Assembly (NCBI GenBank): GCA_002215665.1
Contig: NGFL01000063.1
Coordinates: 8,049-72,048, forward strand
Length of the DNA: 64,000 nucleotides
Origin: a candidate division TA06 bacterium JGI_Cruoil_03_38_101
GTDB lineage: Bacteria > Hydrothermota > UBA3072
Direction of reading: 5' to 3'
Shown here: positions 29,636 to 39,141 of the stretch, one piece after another
How the letters are laid out: each line of letters opens with the position of its first letter
Position numbering within the stretch: position 1 is the first letter of the stretch
The notes under the pieces: model-generated
What the model saw: the letters and a program-made list of their open reading frames with translations, nothing else
Told to the model about the DNA's origin: nothing
Databases searched by the model: none
Translations under genes and position numbers: made by a program

Positions 29636-32004
29636 ATCTCCTTGGAGAAAAAGTTTTAGTAATAGATGGTGCAATGGGCACTCTCCTTTCCGATAAGGGA
29701 TTTGAGAACATTCTTCCTGAGGAAGTTCTTTTAATAGATTACAATGCAGTTAGAAAGATTCATAATGATTATGTGAAAGCGGGAGCCGATATTGTTATAA
29801 CAGACACTTTTGGAGCCAATAGATCGAAATTATCAGAGTTCACACTTGAAAAAGAACAAAAGAAGATTGTTCATTTAGCAGTAAAGGCTGCAAGAGAGGC
29901 GACTGATGGAATTGCCTATGTTGCAGGTTCAATTGGCCCAATAGGAAGGTTTCTACCACCATTTGGAGAACTTAAAAATAAAGAAGCTTTTTCTTTTTTC
30001 AAAGAGTTAGCTTATCTGCTTATAAAGGAGGGGGTTGATCTTATAATAATTGAGACTATGACTGATTTAAAGGAGTTGAAGACAGCCTGCAGAGCTGTCC
30101 GAAATGTGTCAGAGGAGGTCCCCGTAATTGCGCAGATGAGTTTTGATCAAAATGAAAGGGCAGTCACAGGGACCTCGGTGGAAACCTTCATAGATACAGT
30201 AGAATCATTTAATCTTAGTGGAATAGGATCAAACTGTGGTAGGGGTCTTTCGGATATGTTAAAGGTTTCTAAAAAATTCTCAGAGAATTCAATTCTTCCC
30301 TTCACTATTCAGCCAAATGCAGGGATTCCAAAGGTGAGAGATAGTGTGCTTGAATATCCATCAACTCCGAAGGAGATGGCGGATTATTCAAGGTTATTCT
30401 ATGAGAACGGTGCATCAATAATAGGCAGTTGTTGTGGCTCAACTCCCGAACATACAAGAAAAATAGCAGAAGCAGTGAAGGGGAAGAGAGTTATCAGAAG
30501 GAATATAAAGAAAAACATAGCAATTATGACTTCAAGGACAGAGAGTATCCATATAGGTGATGTTGAAGGTTTTGTAGTAATAGGAGAGAGAATAAACCCT
30601 TCAGGCAAAAAATCTATAACAAGGGAGATAAAAAACGGGAAACTCTCATCAGTTAAAAGAGAAGCAACCAGGCAAGTCAATGCAGGTGCACAAGCCCTTG
30701 ATGTAAATATATCTATAGGTTCTCCAGAGATGGAAAAAGAATTAATGAGAAAAGTGATAATGTCTATTGAAAATACAGAAAATGTGCCTCTTCTTATTGA
30801 TTCAGAGTTTGTGGAAGTTGTTGAAGCCGGTTTGGAAGTTTATTCTGGTAGAACATTCATAAACTCGATAACAGGGGAAGAAGAGAAAATTGATAAACTA
30901 ATGCCATTAGCAGAAAAGTATGGAGCAGGATTCATAGCGCTTCTTATAGACGAAAATGGAGTGCATGAATCACATGTTAAGAGGTTGAAAATACTCGAAA
31001 AAATATTGAAAAAAGTAGAGTTGTATGGTCTAACGAGGAGAGATATCATTGTAGATCCTGTTGTTTTAACAGTTGCTTCTTCACAGAATTCAGTGTTTGA
31101 GATCTTAAAAACAATAGAGATTGTGAAAGAGGATTTCAAACTTCCCACTGTAATGGGTTTGAGCAATATATCATATGGTCTTCCTGGAAGGAAATTGGTA
31201 AACAGGTCATTTTTATCTATGGCTATGGCTTATGGTCTTGACTGTGCGATTCTTGATCCTCTTGATATGGTCCTAATGGAGGAGATTCGTGCTGCAGAAT
31301 TCTTAACGGGAAGGGATAAAGATGGGAACAGATATATCTCCCTGTTTAAGGGGCCTAAGATAAAGGAAGAAAGAGAGAAGACTGCGGCTAAACATACCCT
31401 ATATGAGATGATCTTATACGGAGAGAAAGAAAAACTAAAGGTAGAAACCGAGAAGATTCTTGAAGATAAAAAGCCGATAGAGGTGATTGAAAATATCCTT
31501 ATTAAAGCAATGAATGAAGTTGGGGATAGATATGATAAAGGTGTATATTTTCTTCCCCAGGTTATGGCTTCTGCCGAGGTTGTTAAAGAGTCTTTTAATA
31601 TCATAAAGAGCAGGTTTGGTAGTGGAAATTACAAAAAGGGCAAGATTGTTATAGCAACCGTTAAGGGTGATGTTCATGATATAGGAAAAAATATTGTTAA
31701 AATAATACTTTTAAGTTATGGCTATGAGGTAATAGACCTGGGTAAAAATGTGCCAAAAGAAGTTATCTATGAATCTGTGATAGAGAATGGCCCTGATTTT
31801 ATCGCATTGAGCGCTCTTTTAACACCAAGTCTCCTGTCAATGAAAGAGACCATAGAATATATCAGAGAGAAAATCGATTTCCCTCCAGTTATAATAATAG
31901 GAGGCGCTGTTGTAGATGAAGATTTTGCTAAAGAGATTAATACCTATTACGGAAAAAACGCTATTTCGGCGGGGAAATTGGTTGATAATTTAATGAGGCA
32001 ATAA
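29620..32004 (+). CDS. metH: Methionine synthase, B12-dependent, core (Hcy-, pterin-, B12-binding domains; no activation domain)
   Basis: 794 aa; DGAMGTLL, GSNCGRG, GSCCGSTPEHT (Hcy domain); pterin-binding barrel; GDVHDIGKNIV (DxHxxG B12 motif). Confidence 0.9.
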   Translation: MENFLNLLGEKVLVIDGAMGTLLSDKGFENILPEEVLLIDYNAVRKIHNDYVKAGADIVITDTFGANRSKLSEFTLEKEQKKIVHLAVKAAREATDGIAYVAGSIGPIGRFLPPFGELKNKEAFSFFKELAYLLIKEGVDLIIIETMTDLKELKTACRAVRNVSEEVPVIAQMSFDQNERAVTGTSVETFIDTVESFNLSGIGSNCGRGLSDMLKVSKKFSENSILPFTIQPNAGIPKVRDSVLEYPSTPKEMADYSRLFYENGASIIGSCCGSTPEHTRKIAEAVKGKRVIRRNIKKNIAIMTSRTESIHIGDVEGFVVIGERINPSGKKSITREIKNGKLSSVKREATRQVNAGAQALDVNISIGSPEMEKELMRKVIMSIENTENVPLLIDSEFVEVVEAGLEVYSGRTFINSITGEEEKIDKLMPLAEKYGAGFIALLIDENGVHESHVKRLKILEKILKKVELYGLTRRDIIVDPVVLTVASSQNSVFEILKTIEIVKEDFKLPTVMGLSNISYGLPGRKLVNRSFLSMAMAYGLDCAILDPLDMVLMEEIRAAEFLTGRDKDGNRYISLFKGPKIKEEREKTAAKHTLYEMILYGEKEKLKVETEKILEDKKPIEVIENILIKAMNEVGDRYDKGVYFLPQVMASAEVVKESFNIIKSRFGSGNYKKGKIVIATVKGDVHDIGKNIVKIILLSYGYEVIDLGKNVPKEVIYESVIENGPDFIALSALLTPSLLSMKETIEYIREKIDFPPVIIIGGAVVDEDFAKEINTYYGKNAISAGKLVDNLMRQ

Positions 32005-32128
32005 GGGACGGTCCTTGCATTATTGCGTTACTTCAGGCAGAAACTCTCCTTTAAATAATTTAATATTATTAGACTCTTTCTTAGCGATTGAAACCAAAAG
32101 ATTATCTATATTCGCCAATTAATGCCCC

Positions 32129-32156
32129 TTGACAAATCTGATAATCGTTGTATTAT
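32129..32156 (+). promoter_or_regulatory. sigma70-like promoter for groESL (TTGACA-16-TATTAT); no recognisable CIRCE
   Basis: TTGACA 32129-32134, TATTAT 32151-32156, ~75 nt upstream of groES. Confidence 0.45.
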
Positions 32157-32230
32157 TATTAATAATTTTGGTTCACTCTCACGTAAATCTATATGAGAAT
32201 TAGGTTAATTTATCAAAAAGGAGGTAAGGT

Positions 32231-32503
32231 ATGATAAAGCCAGTAGGAAGACGTGTTCTAGTAAAGAGAGTGAGTGAAGAGGAAAAGAAGGGTGGAATTA
32301 TTGTGCCAGATACAGCAAAAGAAAAACCTCAACAAGGGATTGTGGAGGCAGTTGCTAAAGTTCCAAAAGACGAAGACCCTCTTTCAGTAAAGAAGGGTGA
32401 TAAGATCCTGTTTGGCAAATACGGTGGAACTGAAGTAGAATATGGTGATGAAGAATATTTGATATTGGACGAAGACGATATTCTTGCAAAGATAGAAGAA
32501 TAA
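32231..32503 (+). CDS. groES: Co-chaperonin GroES
   Basis: 90 aa; [12 protein letters not shown]...[14 protein letters not shown] mobile loop. Confidence 0.95.
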   Translation: MIKPVGRRVLVKRVSEEEKKGGIIVPDTAKEKPQQGIVEAVAKVPKDEDPLSVKKGDKILFGKYGGTEVEYGDEEYLILDEDDILAKIEE

Positions 32504-32511
32504 GGAGGTAG

Positions 32512-34151
<1,640 letters not shown>

Positions 34152-34152
<1 letters not shown>

Positions 34153-34184
34153 AAAAAGGGACAGCCCAGCTGTCCCTTTTTTAT
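34152..34184. terminator. Rho-independent terminator shared by groEL (+) and the converging minus-strand operon
   Basis: A-run, perfect hairpin GGGACAGC-ccagc-TGTCCC (34158-34176), then TTTTTT. Confidence 0.75.
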
Positions 34185-34924
34185 TAGCTCTTCGCAATAT
34201 ATAGAATTCTTTTAGTGAATCGATCAACTCTTGAATGTTCAAAACACTTAAAGGTTCCCTGAATGGAAAAACCTGAAGACTCGAGCCCCTCTCTTATCTT
34301 ATCCTCGGTATACCCCCTCTCCCTGTGTATCTCATCCACCCTTGACCATCCATTATCCTTTTTTATATAGAGAGTTAGATGAAGAGTTAGTATTCTTTCC
34401 TTTTCGTCATAAGCATTTCTCCAAACGCTTATAAGGTTTGTATTATCCTTTCTAACATCTCTTTCCAATACGGTCTTTAAACCGTAAGGTGTGTTTAAAT
34501 CGAATATAAAATGCCCCCCTGGTAAAAGGGATTCCTTAATTGAATCAAAGGCCGCGAGTAGATCATTGTAGTCCAGAATATAGTTCAAAGAATCAAAAAT
34601 TGATATTACGAGATTGAAGTGACCCGCAAAAGGAAGGTTCCTGGCATTAGCCTGGACGAAAAATAAGTCCGATCTTTTCCTCTTTGCGACTTCAAGCATT
34701 TCAAAAGAGCCATCAGCCCCTATTATAGAGCTTAAACCCGTCTCAACAAAAGGTATAGTTGAGTTTCCCGTTCCACAGGTAACATCGAGTAGAGAAGACA
34801 TCTGAACATCATAAAGATCGGCAATATCAAGGATATAATGAATCCAACCCTCATAATCCACATCTTTCATAAGATCATCATAGTACCCGGCTATTTTACT
34901 GAAGGATTTAGTCAAACTGTTCAT
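34184..34924 (-). CDS. Class I SAM-dependent methyltransferase
   Basis: 246 aa; motif I LDVTCGTGNSTIPF; last gene of the coupled operon (overlaps upstream gene by 17 nt). Confidence 0.8.
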   Translation of the reverse strand: MNSLTKSFSKIAGYYDDLMKDVDYEGWIHYILDIADLYDVQMSSLLDVTCGTGNSTIPFVETGLSSIIGADGSFEMLEVAKRKRSDLFFVQANARNLPFAGHFNLVISIFDSLNYILDYNDLLAAFDSIKESLLPGGHFIFDLNTPYGLKTVLERDVRKDNTNLISVWRNAYDEKERILTLHLTLYIKKDNGWSRVDEIHRERGYTEDKIREGLESSGFSIQGTFKCFEHSRVDRFTKRILYIAKS

Positions 34925-35693
34925 ATAGGATCTTTCCTTCCTCTATCTTAAATTGCCCAGCATCTATTTTTGGTATGAAGGGAAGATAACCTCTTTCCAC
35001 CATATCGGATAGAGATTTGGGATAGTATCCCTTATCTCGCTGAAACTTCATCGCCTGATCCCTTAACACCTTCATTATTCCTTTTATTGCCTTTTCTCTG
35101 AAGATCTTACTCGCTGACATATTGTAAAGTTGCAGATAGAGTCGGAGCGTAACTTCAACCCCCTTACCAAGAGATAAAGTCCAAGTTGCAAACTTAAGGG
35201 CTATTTCTGGAGAGTTCTCTTTGTATGAAGAGATAAGAAACCATTTGGATGCTTCTTTGTAATCTTTTGTATAGAGGTAATAAATAAAACCCTTTGTAAA
35301 TGGAATCTCCCAATATGTCGGATTTTTATATAGACCCTTATCCAGTAATTTTATACCAAGGTCTATCCTCTTTGCATCATCTGAGAGAAGCATTGACCCG
35401 AGGGTATAGGCAGGGATAAACTGAGGATCAAGGTCGGTTAATACTTCGAGTATGTGATAAAGATAATGATAACTCCTATCGCTCATGCGATGCTTACCAT
35501 AGTAAACCCCTGTTTCTATCCAAATAAAGTCAGCAAAAAGATTATCAAAACCAGAGGTAATTCCCTGAACGAACTTGCCCGAAGGGAAAAATAAGAGCTC
35601 TTCTCCCTTTACCCCTGGAATCCATTTAAATCCTTTTATCTCTACAAAAACTAATAGAACAATCAAGGTAATAAGGACTGCTGACCTCTTCAT
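34908..35693 (-). CDS. Hypothetical exported protein with signal peptide and TPR-like helical repeats
   Basis: 261 aa; N-terminal signal MKRSAVLITLIVLLVFVEI; helical repeats rich in Y/W/K; no family recognised. Confidence 0.5.
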   Translation of the reverse strand: MKRSAVLITLIVLLVFVEIKGFKWIPGVKGEELLFFPSGKFVQGITSGFDNLFADFIWIETGVYYGKHRMSDRSYHYLYHILEVLTDLDPQFIPAYTLGSMLLSDDAKRIDLGIKLLDKGLYKNPTYWEIPFTKGFIYYLYTKDYKEASKWFLISSYKENSPEIALKFATWTLSLGKGVEVTLRLYLQLYNMSASKIFREKAIKGIMKVLRDQAMKFQRDKGYYPKSLSDMVERGYLPFIPKIDAGQFKIEEGKILYEQFD

Positions 35694-36457
35694 AGATATT
35701 CTTTCTTAGAGTAGAGAAATGAAGAGATGAGAATGAGAATCGTTGAATAAAGAATCGAATAGGAGAAAGCCAAGAGGTAAGAATTTATTGATATTGGAAG
35801 ATGGTAGACCACCGAGGGTTTTACATTAAAAACTGAGAAATTAGGTAGAATGAAATATAAAAAGTTGACCAACCATGAAAAGTTAGATAAATTCATCATC
35901 ACAACAAGTTCTTTGAGATAATGAGTTAGGTGGCCTATAAAGAAAATAAGCAGAGTGAGTATTCCGGAAGTAAAGGGCGAAGTAAAGCAGGAAAGAAAAA
36001 CAGCCACAGCATCAAGGAGTAAGAATTCGAAAAGATAGAAATAGAGGACATTCAAAAGATACCAATCAACCCTCCCCAAGTAAAATCTGGTAAACAGGAA
36101 GAAGATGGCAAAAAGAATGAACTGAACAACTATTATAAGATAGTATAATCCAAAGAATTTTCCCGAGATAAACTCGAGGTCTGTTACTGGTTTTGTCATA
36201 ATTGAATAGATCGTTTTTCTTTCTATCTCCTGATAAAGGATGCGAGTCCCAATGAAAGTGACGATGAGAACTTCAAAGATTTCGACCATGCTAACCCCAA
36301 AATCTTTTATTATCTTTGCTCCCTGTCCAATTGATATTGGGACAAAAATCTTAGAAGAAGCTAAAAATATAAATCCCAATATTACAAGAGAAAGAAGGAT
36401 CTTATCTCGAAGGGATTCTTTAAATGTATTCTGAGCAATGGCTAAAACCTTATTCAT
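35690..36457 (-). CDS. ABC-2 family transporter permease
   Basis: 255 aa, six predicted TM segments, overlaps the ATPase gene by 8 nt. Confidence 0.7.
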   Translation of the reverse strand: MNKVLAIAQNTFKESLRDKILLSLVILGFIFLASSKIFVPISIGQGAKIIKDFGVSMVEIFEVLIVTFIGTRILYQEIERKTIYSIMTKPVTDLEFISGKFFGLYYLIIVVQFILFAIFFLFTRFYLGRVDWYLLNVLYFYLFEFLLLDAVAVFLSCFTSPFTSGILTLLIFFIGHLTHYLKELVVMMNLSNFSWLVNFLYFILPNFSVFNVKPSVVYHLPISINSYLLAFSYSILYSTILILISSFLYSKKEYL

Positions 36458-37358
36458 TTATTGCCTTCATGAAGTGTTCTTCAAGAGTTAATCTTACAGG
36501 AACGATTGAGATTATTTTTCCTCCCCTTTCAATAATTTCTTTTATCACTTTGTCTCTTTTAGTTTCTTCTCTCAAGCGAAGATATATCACTTTACCTTCA
36601 CTTCTCACCTCACCATATTTTTCGAGATATCCAGATTCAGGGAATCTCTCAATCATAATCTCTATATATCTAATATCGCTTTTTAAGATCTCTCGAATAG
36701 AGCCAACTTTCTTTAGCTTCCCATTGAGGATTATCCCGACTTTACTGCAGATGGCCTCCACATCAGAAAGAATGTGAGATGAGAATAGAATCGTTTTACC
36801 CTTACTTTTCTCTCCCTCAATTAGATCCTTAATTTCTCTTCTACCAATGGGATCCAGACCTGATAATGGTTCATCTAAAATGAGAAGTTCCGGGTCGCCT
36901 ATGAGAGCCTGGGCAAAACCTATTCTCTGGACCATTCCCTTTGAATAACTGGAAATCCTCTTACCCATACTATCTTTGAGCCCTACTACTTCGAGTTTTT
37001 CTTTTATTTCATTATCATTGAGATTCTTTCCATATAATCTTGCATAGAACTGAAGCAATTCCTTACCTGTTAGATGGCGATAAAAGGAAGGGTTCTCAGG
37101 CAAAAAGCCAATTCTCCTTCTTGCTTCCTTAGGAACGTATTTCCCAAAAAGGGTCACCTTGCCCGAAGTTGGCTTTAAGAGACCTCCTATGATCTTTAAA
37201 GTCGTCGTCTTACCCGCGCCGTTTGGCCCAAGAAGCCCAAATATTTCACCTTTTTCAATTTCAAAATCAAGACCATTTACTCCGATAGATTTCTTCATCA
37301 AAAATGGGGATTTATATATCTTAACGAGTGATTTAATCTCAACTATGATCATTCCCAT
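36450..37358 (-). CDS. ABC transporter ATP-binding protein (ABC-2 exporter type, with C-terminal accessory domain)
   Basis: 302 aa; Walker A GPNGAGKTTT, signature LSGLDP-type, Walker B ILDEP, H-loop; extra ~80 aa C-terminal domain. Confidence 0.9.
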   Translation of the reverse strand: MGMIIVEIKSLVKIYKSPFLMKKSIGVNGLDFEIEKGEIFGLLGPNGAGKTTTLKIIGGLLKPTSGKVTLFGKYVPKEARRRIGFLPENPSFYRHLTGKELLQFYARLYGKNLNDNEIKEKLEVVGLKDSMGKRISSYSKGMVQRIGFAQALIGDPELLILDEPLSGLDPIGRREIKDLIEGEKSKGKTILFSSHILSDVEAICSKVGIILNGKLKKVGSIREILKSDIRYIEIMIERFPESGYLEKYGEVRSEGKVIYLRLREETKRDKVIKEIIERGGKIISIVPVRLTLEEHFMKAINE

Positions 37359-38458
37359 ATTCCTGCGACCTCATTTCCACAACTTGGACATTTATTGTTC
37401 TTTATCTTATTCACAATCACTGAGAAACCGCGTCTTTTTATCAGTAATTCCCCACAGGAAGGGCAATAGGTGTTGGATCCAGGATGATCTATTGCTACAT
37501 TGCCTACATAAGAGTAATGAATACCCATCTCAAGAGCCAGTTTTCTTGCATCTTCTACAGTTTTTAAAGGAGTGGGAGGAAGGTTTTCCAGTTTATAGGT
37601 TGGGAAAAACCTTGAAAAATGTATCGGGACATCCTTCCCTAAATTATCAAGGACCCACTCAATCATCTTTTTTATCTCCTTTCTCTCATCATTTATTGTT
37701 GGAACGATAAGATAGGTTATCTCCAACCACACTCCACCTTCTTTCAACCTCTTCAGGGTATTGAGGACTGGCTCTAAGGAGCCAGCAGAGACTTCCAAAT
37801 ATTCCTTATTTTCAAAAAACTTAAGATCTATATTTGCCCCATCGAGAAAAGGTATCAATTCAAGAAGTGGTTTCTTTTGAAGATAACCATTTGAGTGATA
37901 AATATTCTTTATTCCTTTTTCCCGGGCAAGTTTAGCAGAGTCAATCATATACTCAATGAAAATTGATGGTTCAGTATAGGTATAAGCTATTGAACTGATG
38001 TCGTATTTTCTTCTATAATAGATTACATTTTCCATTAAGAGTTCAGGAGGCAATTCATAATTTCTTGTCCACTCAGGTCGAACCTGTGATATACTGTAAT
38101 TTTGGCAGTATTTACAATGGAAGTTGCAACCTGCTGTAGCAATTGAGAAAGCAAAAGTTCCCGGGAGGAAATGGTAGAGAGGTTTCTTTTCCATTGGGTC
38201 AAGGTGGACTGCGCAGGGGTTACCATACACAAGAGTATATAACTTTCCTCCTCTATTCTCGCGTGCTCTACAAAACCCCCTTTCTCCGTCTTTTAATATA
38301 CATTTATGCGGGCAATTCTGGCATTGAACTATGCCTCCCTCCATTTTTACCCAATAAGAAGCTATACGAGGTTTAATATAACCTCTGGTTTCAGTATCTT
38401 TTGCCCTTAGTGTTAGAGGAAGGAGTGCCAGCGTCTTTAAGAATTCTCTTCTATCCAT
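37349..38458 (-). CDS. AmmeMemoRadiSam-type (AmrS/PflA-like) radical SAM enzyme with N-terminal twin-arginine-like signal peptide
   Basis: 369 aa; N-terminal MDRREFLKTLALLPLTLRA; AmrS-type N-domain ASYWVKMEGGIVQCQNCPHKCIL..GFCRAREN; radical SAM CNFHCKYCQN; HFSRFFPTYKL; C-terminal CPSCG...CPSCG. Confidence 0.8.
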   Translation of the reverse strand: MDRREFLKTLALLPLTLRAKDTETRGYIKPRIASYWVKMEGGIVQCQNCPHKCILKDGERGFCRARENRGGKLYTLVYGNPCAVHLDPMEKKPLYHFLPGTFAFSIATAGCNFHCKYCQNYSISQVRPEWTRNYELPPELLMENVIYYRRKYDISSIAYTYTEPSIFIEYMIDSAKLAREKGIKNIYHSNGYLQKKPLLELIPFLDGANIDLKFFENKEYLEVSAGSLEPVLNTLKRLKEGGVWLEITYLIVPTINDERKEIKKMIEWVLDNLGKDVPIHFSRFFPTYKLENLPPTPLKTVEDARKLALEMGIHYSYVGNVAIDHPGSNTYCPSCGELLIKRRGFSVIVNKIKNNKCPSCGNEVAGIWE

Positions 38459-38610
38459 TTATAGGATATTAACTAATATTACTCTCTTGTCAAGAATTTC
38501 AGTAGTAGAAAAGCTCAAAGTCCGAAAGTTTTAGCGACTAACATCGCAGTTACACTTATAATGCCAACCGTGAAGTTGTCGTTTAATCCTATCTGCACTC
38601 ATTACCATTT

Positions 38611-39078
38611 TTATTCTATTTTTCTTAGCCTCTCATCCATTTCTGCAATTATTGCTCTGAGATGGGCTAGCTCTTTTTTAATTCTTTCCACCTCCTCATT
38701 CTTTTCTTCTTTTAGCTCTTTTTCCCTTGAAGGTAGTTTATGCTCCTCGGTGGGAATTTGACTTTCTAAATACTCATCCAAAATATTTTGGATCTTACCG
38801 TAGGCTCCAGCAATTGGTTTTATCCCCAATTCTGAAAACCAATTCTGTGCTTTTGGCCCCATTCCTCCTGCGAAAATCATTTCTGCGCCCTTTTCCTTTA
38901 TAAACTTGGGGATAGCACCAGACTCGTGGCTCTCAAGATAGGGGTTTTTCTCCACTTTTACATTCTTTACCCTATCACCTTCTACCTCAACAAAGGTGAA
39001 GTATGGACATCTTCCAAAGTGGTAGGCTAGAATACCATCCAGACCTTTCTCATCATCAGAAGCAAATGAAATAATCAT
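38611..39078 (-). CDS. NifX/NafY-like dinitrogenase FeMo-cofactor family protein (PF02579-like) with C-terminal coiled-coil tail
   Basis: 155 aa; HFGRCPYFTFVEV...AGGMGPKA core; K/E-rich C-terminal 45 aa. Confidence 0.65.
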   Translation of the reverse strand: MIISFASDDEKGLDGILAYHFGRCPYFTFVEVEGDRVKNVKVEKNPYLESHESGAIPKFIKEKGAEMIFAGGMGPKAQNWFSELGIKPIAGAYGKIQNILDEYLESQIPTEEHKLPSREKELKEEKNEEVERIKKELAHLRAIIAEMDERLRKIE

Positions 39079-39141
39079 AGTACCTCCTTTTTGTTTTAAA
39101 AATACAGCGATTTTTTAAAGAAGCATTCTGCTCTTTAAATA

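Noticed and set aside
32180-32215. Weak CIRCE-like half-sites (ggttcactc ... tgagaattag) just upstream of groES
   Set aside because: Only 5-6 of 9 positions match each half and the spacing is wrong. This is not a convincing HrcA operator.
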